Of a stretch of DNA of 64,000 nt, positions 47,302-59,074 are shown in pieces. The notes beneath the pieces are model-generated. The model saw only the letters and a program-made list of their open reading frames with translations, ran no database searches and was not told the DNA's origin. How positions within the stretch are numbered: position 1 is the stretch's first letter; each line of letters begins with the position of its first letter. Both the position numbers and the translations under genes were made by a program. This DNA comes from Vicinamibacterales bacterium (lineage in GTDB: Bacteria; Acidobacteriota; Vicinamibacteria; Vicinamibacterales; 2-12-FULL-66-21): positions 129,841 to 193,840 of the forward strand of contig DASSPH010000099.1 of NCBI GenBank assembly GCA_035699745.1, given 5' to 3'.

Positions 47302-49584
47302 TCACCGCCGTAGCGCTGACGCCGGCGCAGTGCTGGACGGCGCTTTTCCCGCGGACACGATCAGCGCCTGCGTCGCCCAGTTCGTCCCCGCCGCGGAAAT
47401 GAACTGGCTGGCCCCATGGGGGAATCCGCTTTCGAAATAGATCTGCGTGGGATGCGATCGCGTCCTGACCAGCCATGAACCATCGTTCAACTGCGTGCGC
47501 AGAAGGAACTGCACGCCGCGGCGGTAGGCTCCATCGCCGGGTTGGATGCCCGCGTGGTGCAATGCGACGAGTACGGCGCCGGTGGCATACGCGTCGCTCG
47601 CCATCGACGGCAATTGCGCCCATCCGCCATCGTCGCGCTGGCCGTTCAGCAGGTCGCGGACGGCCGCGTCGCGGACGCGCTGCGGGGCACGGCCCCACAC
47701 CAATCCGAGCAGCCTGAAGACGCGATCCTCGGTCGTGGCTGGCTGCGCGTGCTGCAGCCAGGATACGGCCGCCGCGACCGCGCGGCGATGTGCCGGCTTG
47801 CCGTTTCCGTACACCTGGATCCCGCGCAGAGCGACGGCCGTTGCCGTGAACTCGCTGGCTTCGGAAGGAGGACGGTATGGCGATCGCCATCGCCCCTCGG
47901 GCTGCTGCATCAGCGTGATCAGCCTGACGATCGCATCGGTGCCCTGGTCGGCGGCGTGCCCCTCCGCGGCCAGACCCATCAGGATGTAGCCAAGGGTCGT
48001 CGTCGCACCCCCGGGACTCACGATTCCCTGCAGCGCCTGTTCGCGAGTGGCGCGGACGTCCTCGATTACGGTCGTCAGCTCCTTTCGCGCTCCCGCCTCG
48101 TCGACGGTGAACCCGTGGCGTCGAGCCGCCGCCACCGTCATCGCGGTGAGCGCATTGTTGTGGCACGACACGCATCCGCTCTTCTCGTAGAACGACGTCG
48201 CGGTGCGTTGGAGCAGCGGCAGGCTGCGGGCGACCGCATCGCGAATCGTGTTCCCGGTCACGGCGGTTGGCGTCGGCTGTCGCTCGCCAGTCTCCGGAGC
48301 GCCGGCCGCCACCAGCGTATCGACGAGCGGCGTGCGGCCGAGCCGCCGGGCGAAGTCGAGCGCGGTCAATCCGTTCGGATCCCTGGCCGCCGGATCCGCG
48401 CCGCGGTCGAGGAGCAGGCGGAGCGAGCCGGCAGGAAGCGTGTCGGCGATGGCCGCGAGCATCAGGGGTGTGCGGGACTTCGCGTCGCGCGTGTTCACGT
48501 CGGCACCGCGCTCCAGCGCCGCCCGGATCGCGTCGGGTCGTCCGGGGCCGGCAAACGGCAGCACGGCGAGCAGGGCACCGGTCAGCGCCATGGGCCGGGA
48601 GACGGCGGCAATCGCGTCAGCGCACTCGTGCGAATTCGCCCGGAGCGCGGCCAGCCTGGCGGCGCCGTTGTTGTCGCGGGCGCCCGCCGCGAGCAGCAGG
48701 CGGACCGCCTCGAGATTGCCGCGGCTCGCCGCCCCGGTCAGCGCCGCCGGTGTCGCCTCCGCCCCGCGCTCGAGCAGCAGCTTGACGACAGGCGCGGCGC
48801 CCGCCTGCGCGGCGAGCATGAGCGGCGTGCGTCCGAAGTCGGACGTCGAATCCACGTCCGCGCCGGCGTTCGCGAGCAGCCTGACTTTCTCGGCATCGTC
48901 CACCGCCCACGTGAGCGCGGTCGCGCCGGCGTGGTTGCGAAGGTTGGGGTCGGCGCCGGCGTCGAGCAGTTGTTTCACCAGCGCGGCGGTGCCATAGAGC
49001 GCCGCGTACATCAACGGCGTCGAGCCGTCAGGACCGCGCCGGTTCAGGACGTCGGGCTCGCGGCGCACGGCCTGGAGCGCCGCGTCGGGGCGGGAGGCCG
49101 CAATCAACTGCGTCACGCGCGTCGCCGCCGGATCCGGCGGCGGAAGCGGCGTCTCGTTCGCCAGCGCGTCAGGCCATTCGGCGCCTTCGTCAATCCACCG
49201 CTTGAGGACGCTGAGTTCGTCCGCCGACAAGGGATCGTCAGGCGGCATCTGCGTGCCGAACTCCGGGCTCAGCACGCGTCTATAGAGCCGGCTCGACTCG
49301 CTGCTGCCCGGAATGATGTTCGGCCTGGTCACACCGGCGAGCGCGCGTGCCCGCCGGTCGAGCCGATAGCCATTCATCTGTTTCGTCGGACCGTGGCATT
49401 CGTAGCAGCGATCCCGGAGGAGCGGCTGCACGTCCCGCGCGAAATCTATGCGCGACTGCGCTCGCGTGGTCGCCAACCCGCCCGACGCCGCCCACCCGAG
49501 GGCGGAGACCAGCGAGAGCAGAATCGCGCCGGCCAGGCCGTACGGAGCGCGCCGAACCGCGTTCATCGGTCCTCCAATCGCCAC
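47302..49584 (-). CDS. PSCyt1 (Planctomycete cytochrome C) domain - ankyrin repeat - prenyltransferase/terpenoid-cyclase-like fusion protein, secreted
   Basis: 760 aa. [20 protein letters not shown] (PSCyt1 CxxCH); about 7 ankyrin repeats (TPLMYAALYG.., ATALTWAVD.., RTPLMLAAQAG...); C-terminal alpha/alpha toroid-like repeats (DGGWAQ, DGSWLVRT). Confidence 0.7.
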   Translation of the reverse strand: MAIGGPMNAVRRAPYGLAGAILLSLVSALGWAASGGLATTRAQSRIDFARDVQPLLRDRCYECHGPTKQMNGYRLDRRARALAGVTRPNIIPGSSESSRLYRRVLSPEFGTQMPPDDPLSADELSVLKRWIDEGAEWPDALANETPLPPPDPAATRVTQLIAASRPDAALQAVRREPDVLNRRGPDGSTPLMYAALYGTAALVKQLLDAGADPNLRNHAGATALTWAVDDAEKVRLLANAGADVDSTSDFGRTPLMLAAQAGAAPVVKLLLERGAEATPAALTGAASRGNLEAVRLLLAAGARDNNGAARLAALRANSHECADAIAAVSRPMALTGALLAVLPFAGPGRPDAIRAALERGADVNTRDAKSRTPLMLAAIADTLPAGSLRLLLDRGADPAARDPNGLTALDFARRLGRTPLVDTLVAAGAPETGERQPTPTAVTGNTIRDAVARSLPLLQRTATSFYEKSGCVSCHNNALTAMTVAAARRHGFTVDEAGARKELTTVIEDVRATREQALQGIVSPGGATTTLGYILMGLAAEGHAADQGTDAIVRLITLMQQPEGRWRSPYRPPSEASEFTATAVALRGIQVYGNGKPAHRRAVAAAVSWLQHAQPATTEDRVFRLLGLVWGRAPQRVRDAAVRDLLNGQRDDGGWAQLPSMASDAYATGAVLVALHHAGIQPGDGAYRRGVQFLLRTQLNDGSWLVRTRSHPTQIYFESGFPHGASQFISAAGTNWATQALIVSAGKAPSSTAPASALRR

Positions 49585-49680
49585 GGGGCAGTGCTGGGAG
49601 TATAGGGCTTTTCCGTTCGGCCGGCCGTCTCTTTCGCGCGGCGATGGCTCCGTCGGCGTGTCACGGTAGACTCAACAGGT

Positions 49681-50742
49681 ATGCGCAGACGCGATCCCCT
49701 CTCCATCCCTTCCCGCCGGCTCCTGACCTCGCTCGCCATGATGATGCTGGTTGGTCTGGCGGCGGGCTGCCAGAAGAAGCCGGCCGCGGTGTCCGCCGAC
49801 ACGTGGGCGACCGTCGACGGCCGGCCGATCACGCGCGACGACGTCGAGAAGGCGTTCCGGCGGACGCAGGATACCGCCGCGACACTCTCGCCGGACGAGG
49901 CGATGACCCTCAAGTTGAGTCTGCTGAACGAGATGATCCTCCAGGACGTCCTTCTGACGAAGGCGCGGGCGCTCAAGATCGAGGTGCCCGACAGCGAAGT
50001 GGACGCCGCCTACGCCGAGGGCAAGAAGAACCTGAGCGACGCGGCGTTCGAAGAGGAGCTGAAGAAGCGGAACCTCGGCGCCGCCGATATGCGGGAGGGG
50101 GTCAGGCGCGAACTGCTCGCCAAGAAGCTGCTGGATCGCGAGGTCGTGTCGAAGGTATCGGTGACCGATCAGGACGTGACCGACTTCTACAACGCGAATC
50201 GCGCCCAGTTCACGGTTGCCGAAGAGTCGTATCGGCTCGCGCAGATCGTCGTCACGCCGGAGCGCGGGGCTCAGCCGGCGAACCGGACGGGCAACGACGC
50301 GGCCACGCCGCAGGAAGCGTCGTTCAAGGTGCGGATGATCATGGAACGGCTGAAGACCGGGACGCGATTCTCGGATCTCGCGGCGGATTACTCCGAGGAT
50401 CCGGAGAGCGCTCCGCGCGGCGGCGATCTCGGGCTGGTGCCATTGTCGGCGCTGAAGCAGGCGCCGGAACCGCTGCGCAACGCCGTCATCGGCAAGACCC
50501 CAGGGACCGTGAACCTCGTCACCGCCGGCGGCATCTACACGCTCGTGCTGGTCATCGCGCACGAGCAGGCCGGCGAGCGCGGGCTGTCGACGCCAGGGGT
50601 GAAGGACGGCATCACGCAGACGCTCAAGGATCGCAAGGAGCAGCTGCTGCGGACCGCCTACCTCTCAGCCGCGCGCAACGACGCGGTGGTCGTCAATCAC
50701 GTCGCGCGGCGGATCGTCGAGGGGAACGGGAAGCTGCAGTAA
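49681..50742 (+). CDS. SurA-like peptidyl-prolyl isomerase (parvulin) lipoprotein
   Basis: 353 aa. Lipobox LAAGC; SurA N-terminal-like chaperone region and PpiC-type segment (FSDLAADYSEDPESAPRGGDLG). Confidence 0.75.
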   Translation: MRRRDPLSIPSRRLLTSLAMMMLVGLAAGCQKKPAAVSADTWATVDGRPITRDDVEKAFRRTQDTAATLSPDEAMTLKLSLLNEMILQDVLLTKARALKIEVPDSEVDAAYAEGKKNLSDAAFEEELKKRNLGAADMREGVRRELLAKKLLDREVVSKVSVTDQDVTDFYNANRAQFTVAEESYRLAQIVVTPERGAQPANRTGNDAATPQEASFKVRMIMERLKTGTRFSDLAADYSEDPESAPRGGDLGLVPLSALKQAPEPLRNAVIGKTPGTVNLVTAGGIYTLVLVIAHEQAGERGLSTPGVKDGITQTLKDRKEQLLRTAYLSAARNDAVVVNHVARRIVEGNGKLQ

Positions 50743-50792
50743 GTCCGCCGCCCGATGAACGTCGTGCGAAGCGTTGGCGCGATCAATGACGG

Positions 50793-51797
50793 GTGAAGCC
50801 GGCAGCACCTATACCGCGTCGGGTTGGAACAAACGCTTCCGGCAGGTGTCACACCGGATCAAGTGGTCCCTTGAAGAGGCAGAGCACGTTCACCAGCCGG
50901 TCCGTCCTCTTCGACGCCCCGCCGGCGCGGATCCGGCCGCGCGGCTTCTGGCCGACGGTGCTCGCGGCCGCCGCGCTGAGCACTTGGTCCGGCTCGGTCG
51001 CGTGTCTCTGGGTCAGCGAGCCCGGGCTCGTCTTCAGGGCCGCCCAGACACGAGAGCCCCCACCTCGCCCCGGTCCGGGTCTCTTGCAGTTGACGACCAG
51101 CGATGGCGTGTCCCTCGACGCGCTGGCCCTCACCGCCCGGCCCCCTTCGAGCTACTGGATCCTGTTCTGCCCGCCGAGCGGCCGCACGATCCACGGCAGC
51201 GTGCGGCGGCAGATCGAATCGCTCCGCGCCGCCGGCTACAACGTGCTCGCCTTCGACTACCGCGGTTTCGGGCGGAACCGGGGGACGCCGTCGGAGCGGG
51301 GCGTCTACGCCGACGCCGAGGCCGCGTACCGTCATCTCACGCAGGATCGCGGCGTCGCGCCGGCGCGAATCATCCTCGCGGGACGCTCGCTGGGATCCGC
51401 CGTCGCCATAGAGCTGGCGACGCGCGTCCCGTCGGCGGGACTGCTCCTCTTCAGCGCGATCGATTCGGTCCCGGCAGTCGCGTCGCGGTACTGGTTCTGG
51501 GCCCCGGTCGGTCTGCTCGCCTCGCAGCGGTTCGACTCGATGGCGAAGGCGCCGCGCGTGACGGTCCCGGTCGTGCAGGTGCACGCGCCGGGCGACTGGC
51601 TCGTGCCCATCGACGCGGCGCGCGCGTTGTTCGGCAGGTTTCCCGTACGCGGCGCGATGCTGCAACTTCCGGGCGGGCACAACAGCGTCGGGTTCGACGT
51701 GATCACCGGACTGACGCGCGAAGGGGGCTACGCCTCGATGGCGCGGGCGGACGAGTCCCTGATCCGCACGCTGCTGGAGCTCTGGCCCTGTCGCTGA
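50793..51797 (+). CDS. Alpha/beta hydrolase (GxSxG: GRSLGS)
   Basis: 334 aa. YRGFGRNRG, nucleophile elbow GRSLGSAVA, C-terminal His region LPGGHNSV. Start uncertain (the N-terminal 40 aa are low complexity). Confidence 0.6.
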   Translation: MKPAAPIPRRVGTNASGRCHTGSSGPLKRQSTFTSRSVLFDAPPARIRPRGFWPTVLAAAALSTWSGSVACLWVSEPGLVFRAAQTREPPPRPGPGLLQLTTSDGVSLDALALTARPPSSYWILFCPPSGRTIHGSVRRQIESLRAAGYNVLAFDYRGFGRNRGTPSERGVYADAEAAYRHLTQDRGVAPARIILAGRSLGSAVAIELATRVPSAGLLLFSAIDSVPAVASRYWFWAPVGLLASQRFDSMAKAPRVTVPVVQVHAPGDWLVPIDAARALFGRFPVRGAMLQLPGGHNSVGFDVITGLTREGGYASMARADESLIRTLLELWPCR

Positions 51798-53188
<1,391 letters not shown>

Positions 53189-53192
<4 letters not shown>

Positions 53193-56100
53193 TCCTTCGT
53201 GATCGTCTCGTCGAGATTGAGCAGCGCGTTCGCCACGAGCGTCCAGTCGGGATGCCGCCGGAACATCGCCACGATGAGATCGAGCTCCTGCGGCTTCGGG
53301 GCGCGCGACGTCACGAGCCGGAAACCGTACGCCGCGCGCACTCGGACCGGGTCGGCCGAGGGTTCGATCTCGGGCTCCGTCATCATCCGGCGTCCGAGCG
53401 CACCCGCCATCTCGAAGAAGGCCTCGTCGTTCAGCATCGTGAGCGCCTGCAGCGGCGTGTTCGTGCGCACGCGGCGAACGGTGCAGGCCTCGCGGCTGGT
53501 GGAGTCGAACGTCGTGAACGCGGGGTACGGCGCGGTCCGCCGCAGGAACGTGTAGAGGCCGCGGCGATAGCGATCCTCTCCCGTGCTGGGCACCCACCGA
53601 TCGCTGCTGTACGGGTTCTGCCAGATCCCGTCGGGCTGCGGCGGGAACACGCTCGGTCCGCCGATCCGGCGGGACAGCAGACCGCTCGCCGTCAGTCCGA
53701 TGTCGCGCACCATCTCCGCCTCGACGCGGAACCGCGGCCCGCGTGCGAACAGCCGGTTGTCGGGGTCGCGCTCGGCCAGCGGAGGCGTGATCGCGGACGC
53801 CTGCCGATACGTGGCCGACATCACGATCAGCCGGTGAAGCGGCTTCAGCCGCCATCCCTGCTTGACGAAGGTCACCGCCAGCCAGTCGAGCAGATCGGGA
53901 TGCGACGGCGCCGCCCCCTGCGATCCGAAGTCCTCGCTCGTCTCCACGAGGCCGCGGCCGAAGAACTGTTCCCAGGCGCGGTTCACCGTCACGCGCGCCG
54001 TCAGCGGATTGCGTTCGTCCACGAGCCAGCGCGCCAGTCCCAGCCGGTTCGGCATCACGTCGTCCGGCAGTGCGGGCAGGAACGAGGGCACCGCCGCATA
54101 CACCTGTTCTGCGCGATCGAGGAAGGCGCCGCGGCGCCGCACCCACGTCGAAGGGCGCTCGTACCCCGGCTTCTCCTTCATGACCATCGCGCTCACGATG
54201 CCGAGCTCGCGCAGCGACTTCTGCAGCGCTTCGACGCGATCGCGGGTTGTCTTGAAAAGCGGCGACACGGCACGGAACCGGGCCGCGAGATCCCTGGTCT
54301 GCTGCTCGGTCCGCCGCGCGCGAGGCGTGAGGAGCGAGGGGCGCAGACGCGCGGCGACGCTGACCGCGCGCAGCGGCGATGGGCTGGTGGTGACGGACAG
54401 GCGGAATCGCCCGAGCCCCTGGCCGACCGGCGCGGTCGTGACGATCGAGAACTGCAGCGCCGCGCCGGCGGCGCCGAGCGGCCGATCGGCAACGAAGATC
54501 CCCTGGCGCCGCACGCGCCCGGCCGGATCGCGCGTCGCATCGACCACCCACCCCGCAGAGGACACCGACCCATCGTCCGTCTTGATCGGCGCCAACGGTA
54601 CGGATGCGCCGTTGCCGGTCGTCACGGTGAGCGCGCTGAGCACGAAGTTGCCGTAGGGATCGCGTCCAGGCCCGCCGCCCGGCAGCCGCGCATCGGGCAG
54701 CGCCTCGATCCTGATCGCCGTAATGCCGGGGACGGGCGCCCTGGCGGCAACGGTGTAGGTATTGGCGGCGGGATTGGGACCGCTCACGAGCACCGACTTG
54801 TCGGCAAGCCGCTCGCCGGTCGAACCGCCGCTCGAGTCGAACCGCTCGACCGTGAGCGGTATCCACGCGCGCTCTGCCGCGAGCAGGCTCTGCTCCCATC
54901 GCGCCTGCGCCGCTGCTCGCGCCGGTGAGTCGGCGCGGAGCGAGGCATTGTGCTTGTCCAACTCCGCCTGCAGCGCCTTGCGGCGGGTCTCCTGCTCCGC
55001 GGTCGGGAGGCTGATCTGCGGCTCGTCGGCGAACCGATCGCCGCCCGCCTGCCCGGCGATCGTGTACTCGACGTTCTCGAAGAAGGCGAGCATCCGGTAG
55101 AAATCGCGCTGCGTGAACGGGTCGTACTTGTGGTTGTGGCACTGCGCGCAGCCGAGGGTCGACCCGAGCCAGACCGTCGCCGTCGTGTTCACGCGATCCA
55201 CCAGCGTCTCCCAGCGCGCTTCCTCCACGTCGATGCCCCCCTCCTGGTTGAGCATCGTGTTGCGATGGAAGCCGCTGGCGATCCGCTGCGCCTCGGTCGC
55301 GCCGGGCAGCATGTCGCCGGCGATCTGCTCGATCGTGAACCGATCGAACGGCATGTCCGCGTTCAGGGCGTCGATCACCCAGTCCCGGTACTTCCACATC
55401 ACGCGCAGGCGATCCTTTTCGTAGCCGTGCGAATCGGCATATCGCGCGAGGTCGAGCCAGGGGCGCGCCCACCGCTCGCCGTAGTGCGGCGATGCCAGCA
55501 GCCGATCGACGACATGCTCGTAGGCGGCGTCGCGTCCGTTGGCGGCGGCGTCGGCGAGCGCGGCATCGAGCTCCGCGAGCGTGGGCGGCAGGCCGATCAG
55601 GTCGAGCGACACGCGGCGGACGAGCGTTTCGAACGCGGCTTCCGACGACGGGGGGAGCCGTTCCTTCTCCAGGCGGGCGAGGACGAAGCGATCGATGTCG
55701 TTGCGCGGCCAGGCCGCGTTTCCGGCGGCGGGCGGATGCGCGGCAACGGGCCGCACGTACGCCCAATGCGTGGATTCGGGTTCGCCGGCGGCGGCGGGCT
55801 CGGCCCCCGGCTGGCCCGGCCACGCGGCCCCCTGATCGATCCAGGCACGAATCAACGCGATCTGCGGCGCCGTCAGCGGCTCCGCATCCTTCGGCATCGG
55901 CTCTTCGCCGTCCAGACCGCGGATGCGACGGACGAGAAGGCTGCGCTCGCTGTCGCCGGGGACGATCGCCGACCCGCTGTCGCCGCCTCTGAACGCCGCG
56001 GCACGGAGGTCCAGCCGCAGCCCGTTCCTCGCCTTCTTCGGGCCGTGGCATTCGTAACAGCGGGCCTCCAGGATCGGCTGGATATCGCGGGCGAAGTCGA

Positions 56101-56239
56101 CCGGCGACTGGGGCGCCGATCCCTGCTGCCGCGCGGCCGCGACGCGGCCGGCGATGAGGGCGATCAGCGCCGCCGTCGCGGCGCGCCGCGCAAACGTCAG
56201 GAAGCGGGAGATCTCGGGCATCCCTGCGGGCGCGGCCAT
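53189..56239 (-). CDS. PSCyt1/PSCyt2/PSD (DUF1549-DUF1553) multidomain protein
   Basis: 1016 aa. [20 protein letters not shown] (PSCyt1); [13 protein letters not shown] (DUF1549-type); typical partner of DUF1501. Confidence 0.85.
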
Positions 56240-56380
56240 TCAATCACGGGGTCGCGTCTGGCGGCAACGGCTGTCGTCGCCAGCTTCACGGTCCAGCCGT
56301 CGAGGTTGCGTCCGCAGGGCAAACAAGGCCAACCGGGTCCGCATGTCGTGTCCGCGTCGTATTATGTCGCCGCGAGGGAG

Positions 56381-57142
56381 ATGGACATGAGAAATGTGAC
56401 ACGAACGTTGATGGCCGTCGCGCTGGCCGGCGCCGCGGCTTCACAGGGGATCTTCGCGCAGCAGCCCGCGCAGCCGCCCGCGGCCCCGCAGGGCGGCGGA
56501 CGGCAGGGGCAGCCGCAGCCCATGACCTTTTTCGTCACGAGCGTCCCCAAGGGGGACGGCGCGAATTACGGCGGGCTTGCCGGCGCGGACGCGCACTGTC
56601 AGGCGCTCGCGGCCGCCGTCGGACGCGGCGACGTGAAATGGGTGGCGTACCTCAGCACACAGGGGCCGAATGCGGTGAACGCGCGCGACCGCATCGGCGC
56701 GGGTCCGTGGTTCAACGCCAAGGGGCAGCAGATCGCCGCGACCGTCGCCGAGCTGCACGGCGACACGATCGAGCAGGCACGCCTGGGCAACCGGATTCAG
56801 AAAGTGTCGGCGTTGAACGAGAAAGGCGGACTGGTCAACGGCGTGGGCGACTCGCCGAATCAGCACGACATCCTGACCGGGTCCACGCCGGAGGGGCGCG
56901 CGTTTCCGGAGGGAGCCGATCGCACCTGCAGCAATTACACGAGCAACGCGGCGGGGCCGGCCGCCACGCCGGGTCAGCCCCCGCCCGCCGGGCCGTCGGT
57001 GCAGCTTGGACATCACGATCGCCTGGGCGGCCCGAATGCGTCGTGGAACTCCGTTCACGCGAGCCGCGGGTGCAGCCAGCAGAACCTGGTCTCGACCGGC
57101 GGAGCGGGCCTCCTGTACTGCTTCTCGCCGGGCCCGCGCTGA
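56381..57142 (+). CDS. Secreted hypothetical protein
   Basis: Start MDMRNVTRTLMAVALAGAAASQGIFAQQ (signal). No family recognised. The track's upstream extension from 54950 is junk. Confidence 0.5.
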   Translation: MDMRNVTRTLMAVALAGAAASQGIFAQQPAQPPAAPQGGGRQGQPQPMTFFVTSVPKGDGANYGGLAGADAHCQALAAAVGRGDVKWVAYLSTQGPNAVNARDRIGAGPWFNAKGQQIAATVAELHGDTIEQARLGNRIQKVSALNEKGGLVNGVGDSPNQHDILTGSTPEGRAFPEGADRTCSNYTSNAAGPAATPGQPPPAGPSVQLGHHDRLGGPNASWNSVHASRGCSQQNLVSTGGAGLLYCFSPGPR

Positions 57143-57226
57143 CCGAAGAGGCTGCCCCTCGCCCGGACGGGCGGGGGGCAGCGACGTCTTTGGCGTGCTG
57201 TCAGCCGGCAGTCGAGGCCACGGCGT

Positions 57227-58072
57227 TCACTTTGCAGCCAGCTGCGCGCGCAGGAACTTCACGCCGTCGAACGCGATCGAGTCCACCGTCGGCGCCAGGT
57301 CTCGCCAGATCGCCGCGGCGGCAGACAACTCGCCGAGCGCGAACCCGAAGCTCTCGATCACCATCCAGCGGTCGTAGCCGATCGACCTCAGCGTGGTGAA
57401 GAACTCGCGCCAGGCGACGTGCCCCGTGCCGGGCGTGCCGCGATCGTTCTCGCAGGTGTGCAGGTGCTTCAGGTGCGGCGCGGCCGCGCGCAGCGCCTCG
57501 CCGACCGTCTTCTCCTCGATGTTGGCGTGGAACGTATCGAACAGCAGGCCGATCGACGGATGCCCGACGGCGTCGCAGAACTTCGCGCCGTCGGCGGCCG
57601 TGTTCAGGAAATACGTCTCGAAGCGGTTCAGCGGCTCGATCCCGATCTCGACGCCGGCGTCGGCGGCCACCGGCGCGAGCGCCTGCCAGGTCTCCACTCC
57701 CCATTTCCACTCATCCGCGGTCCGCCGCACGCCGGTCAGATAGCCGACCGGCGAGTACATCGGCCCGGACAGGATCGTCGCGCCCGCTTCGGCGGTCTGC
57801 CGGATGCACGCCGTGAGATGCTCACGCGTCCGCGCCCGGACGGCGGCGTCGGACGAGCCGATGTGCATCCCCGCCGGCACGACGCTGACCGCCGTCGCTT
57901 CGAGCCCGGCGCGCTCGAGCTCGCGGCGGATGGCGGTCGCGGGAAGGTTCTTCGGATCGAGCACCGCGAACTCGATGCCGTCGAACCCGCCCTCCTTGAT
58001 CCCTGCCAGGCGGTGGAAATCCGCGGGGCCGAAATGCACGCCCCACAAGAACGTATTGACGCCGATTTTCAT
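57227..58072 (-). CDS. Sugar phosphate isomerase/epimerase (xylose-isomerase-like TIM barrel)
   Basis: 281 aa. MKIGVNTFLW...GFDGIEF...EIGIEPLNRFET...HLHTCENDRG motifs of the AP-endonuclease-2/TIM family. Confidence 0.8.
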   Translation of the reverse strand: MKIGVNTFLWGVHFGPADFHRLAGIKEGGFDGIEFAVLDPKNLPATAIRRELERAGLEATAVSVVPAGMHIGSSDAAVRARTREHLTACIRQTAEAGATILSGPMYSPVGYLTGVRRTADEWKWGVETWQALAPVAADAGVEIGIEPLNRFETYFLNTAADGAKFCDAVGHPSIGLLFDTFHANIEEKTVGEALRAAAPHLKHLHTCENDRGTPGTGHVAWREFFTTLRSIGYDRWMVIESFGFALGELSAAAAIWRDLAPTVDSIAFDGVKFLRAQLAAK

Positions 58073-58123
58073 CGTTCATTCCCGGGAGGCTGCGCCCCCC
58101 GGACTCCCTGCACGCTGCCGGTC

Positions 58124-59071
58124 CTATTGTTTGCGCGGCGGCTTGGGGTCGAGATTGACCGTCAAGTCTTCCGGCGCGATGGTGTCGACGACGCCCTTCG
58201 GCGGCACGTCGACCCTGGCGATCCACAGCAGCGCGTTCAGCACGATACGCCGCTGATTGGCGTCGCCCCAGTTGGCGTGCGTGTGGCCGCCGGTGAAGCC
58301 GAAACTCCGCCCGCCGTCCGGCCGCTCGAACACCCACATCATCGTCTCGGCGCGCCCCTTGTCCGCGATGATGTGATCGTACGGCCCGCGCGGGCTCACG
58401 TAGGGACCGTCGCGCACGTCCTCGCTCGGCGTCGCCACGAGCAGCGGCAGGATGCGCGGCTTGAGCTTCTCGTCCGCGGTCCAGCGCATGTTGAAGTACC
58501 ACTCGTCGTGGTTGGAGAACGGCCCGACGCCGCGCGTGACCGGATGCGGCGGGAACTTCTCGAAGTTCGGCGCCCACATCGGATTCACCGAGTAGTTGGT
58601 CTCGTAGTAGCCGCCCGCCCAGCGGTGCATGGCCGCCCCCGGCTCGCCCACCGGCACCTCCACCCCGTAGTGGCCGAACCCGAGACCGACCCCCTTCTTC
58701 GCCAGCGCGTCGATCACCTGCATCCGATCGTTCTGGATCGCCGGATGGCCTCGCCCGCCGTCGGCATAGATGAACACGGCGTCGGCGCCGTCGAGCGCGG
58801 CGTGATCGTCGACCTCGTTGCCGTCGACGGTCTTCTTCGGCCATCCCATCGGAATGACGTCGACCGTGACCCCCTTCACCGCCGACATCGCCTTCTGCAG
58901 CAGCAGCGATCCGGCGCGGAACTCGTGCATGCCGGGCGGATGGCTCGGGCGTCCGGCGATGATGACGATGCGCTTGGCACGCGTCTGCGTCCCGGCCGGC
59001 GTCGTGGTCAGGACGACGGCGGCGGCGGCGAGCGCAATGGCGGCGATGGGTCTCCAGAACATAAGCACCAC
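58124..59071 (-). CDS. ThuA-family protein, secreted
   Basis: 315 aa. Signal peptide; ThuA-like motifs (DAVFIYADGG, ETNYSVNPMW, GFTGGHTHANW). Confidence 0.8.
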   Translation of the reverse strand: MVLMFWRPIAAIALAAAAVVLTTTPAGTQTRAKRIVIIAGRPSHPPGMHEFRAGSLLLQKAMSAVKGVTVDVIPMGWPKKTVDGNEVDDHAALDGADAVFIYADGGRGHPAIQNDRMQVIDALAKKGVGLGFGHYGVEVPVGEPGAAMHRWAGGYYETNYSVNPMWAPNFEKFPPHPVTRGVGPFSNHDEWYFNMRWTADEKLKPRILPLLVATPSEDVRDGPYVSPRGPYDHIIADKGRAETMMWVFERPDGGRSFGFTGGHTHANWGDANQRRIVLNALLWIARVDVPPKGVVDTIAPEDLTVNLDPKPPRKQ

Positions 59072-59074
59072 CGA

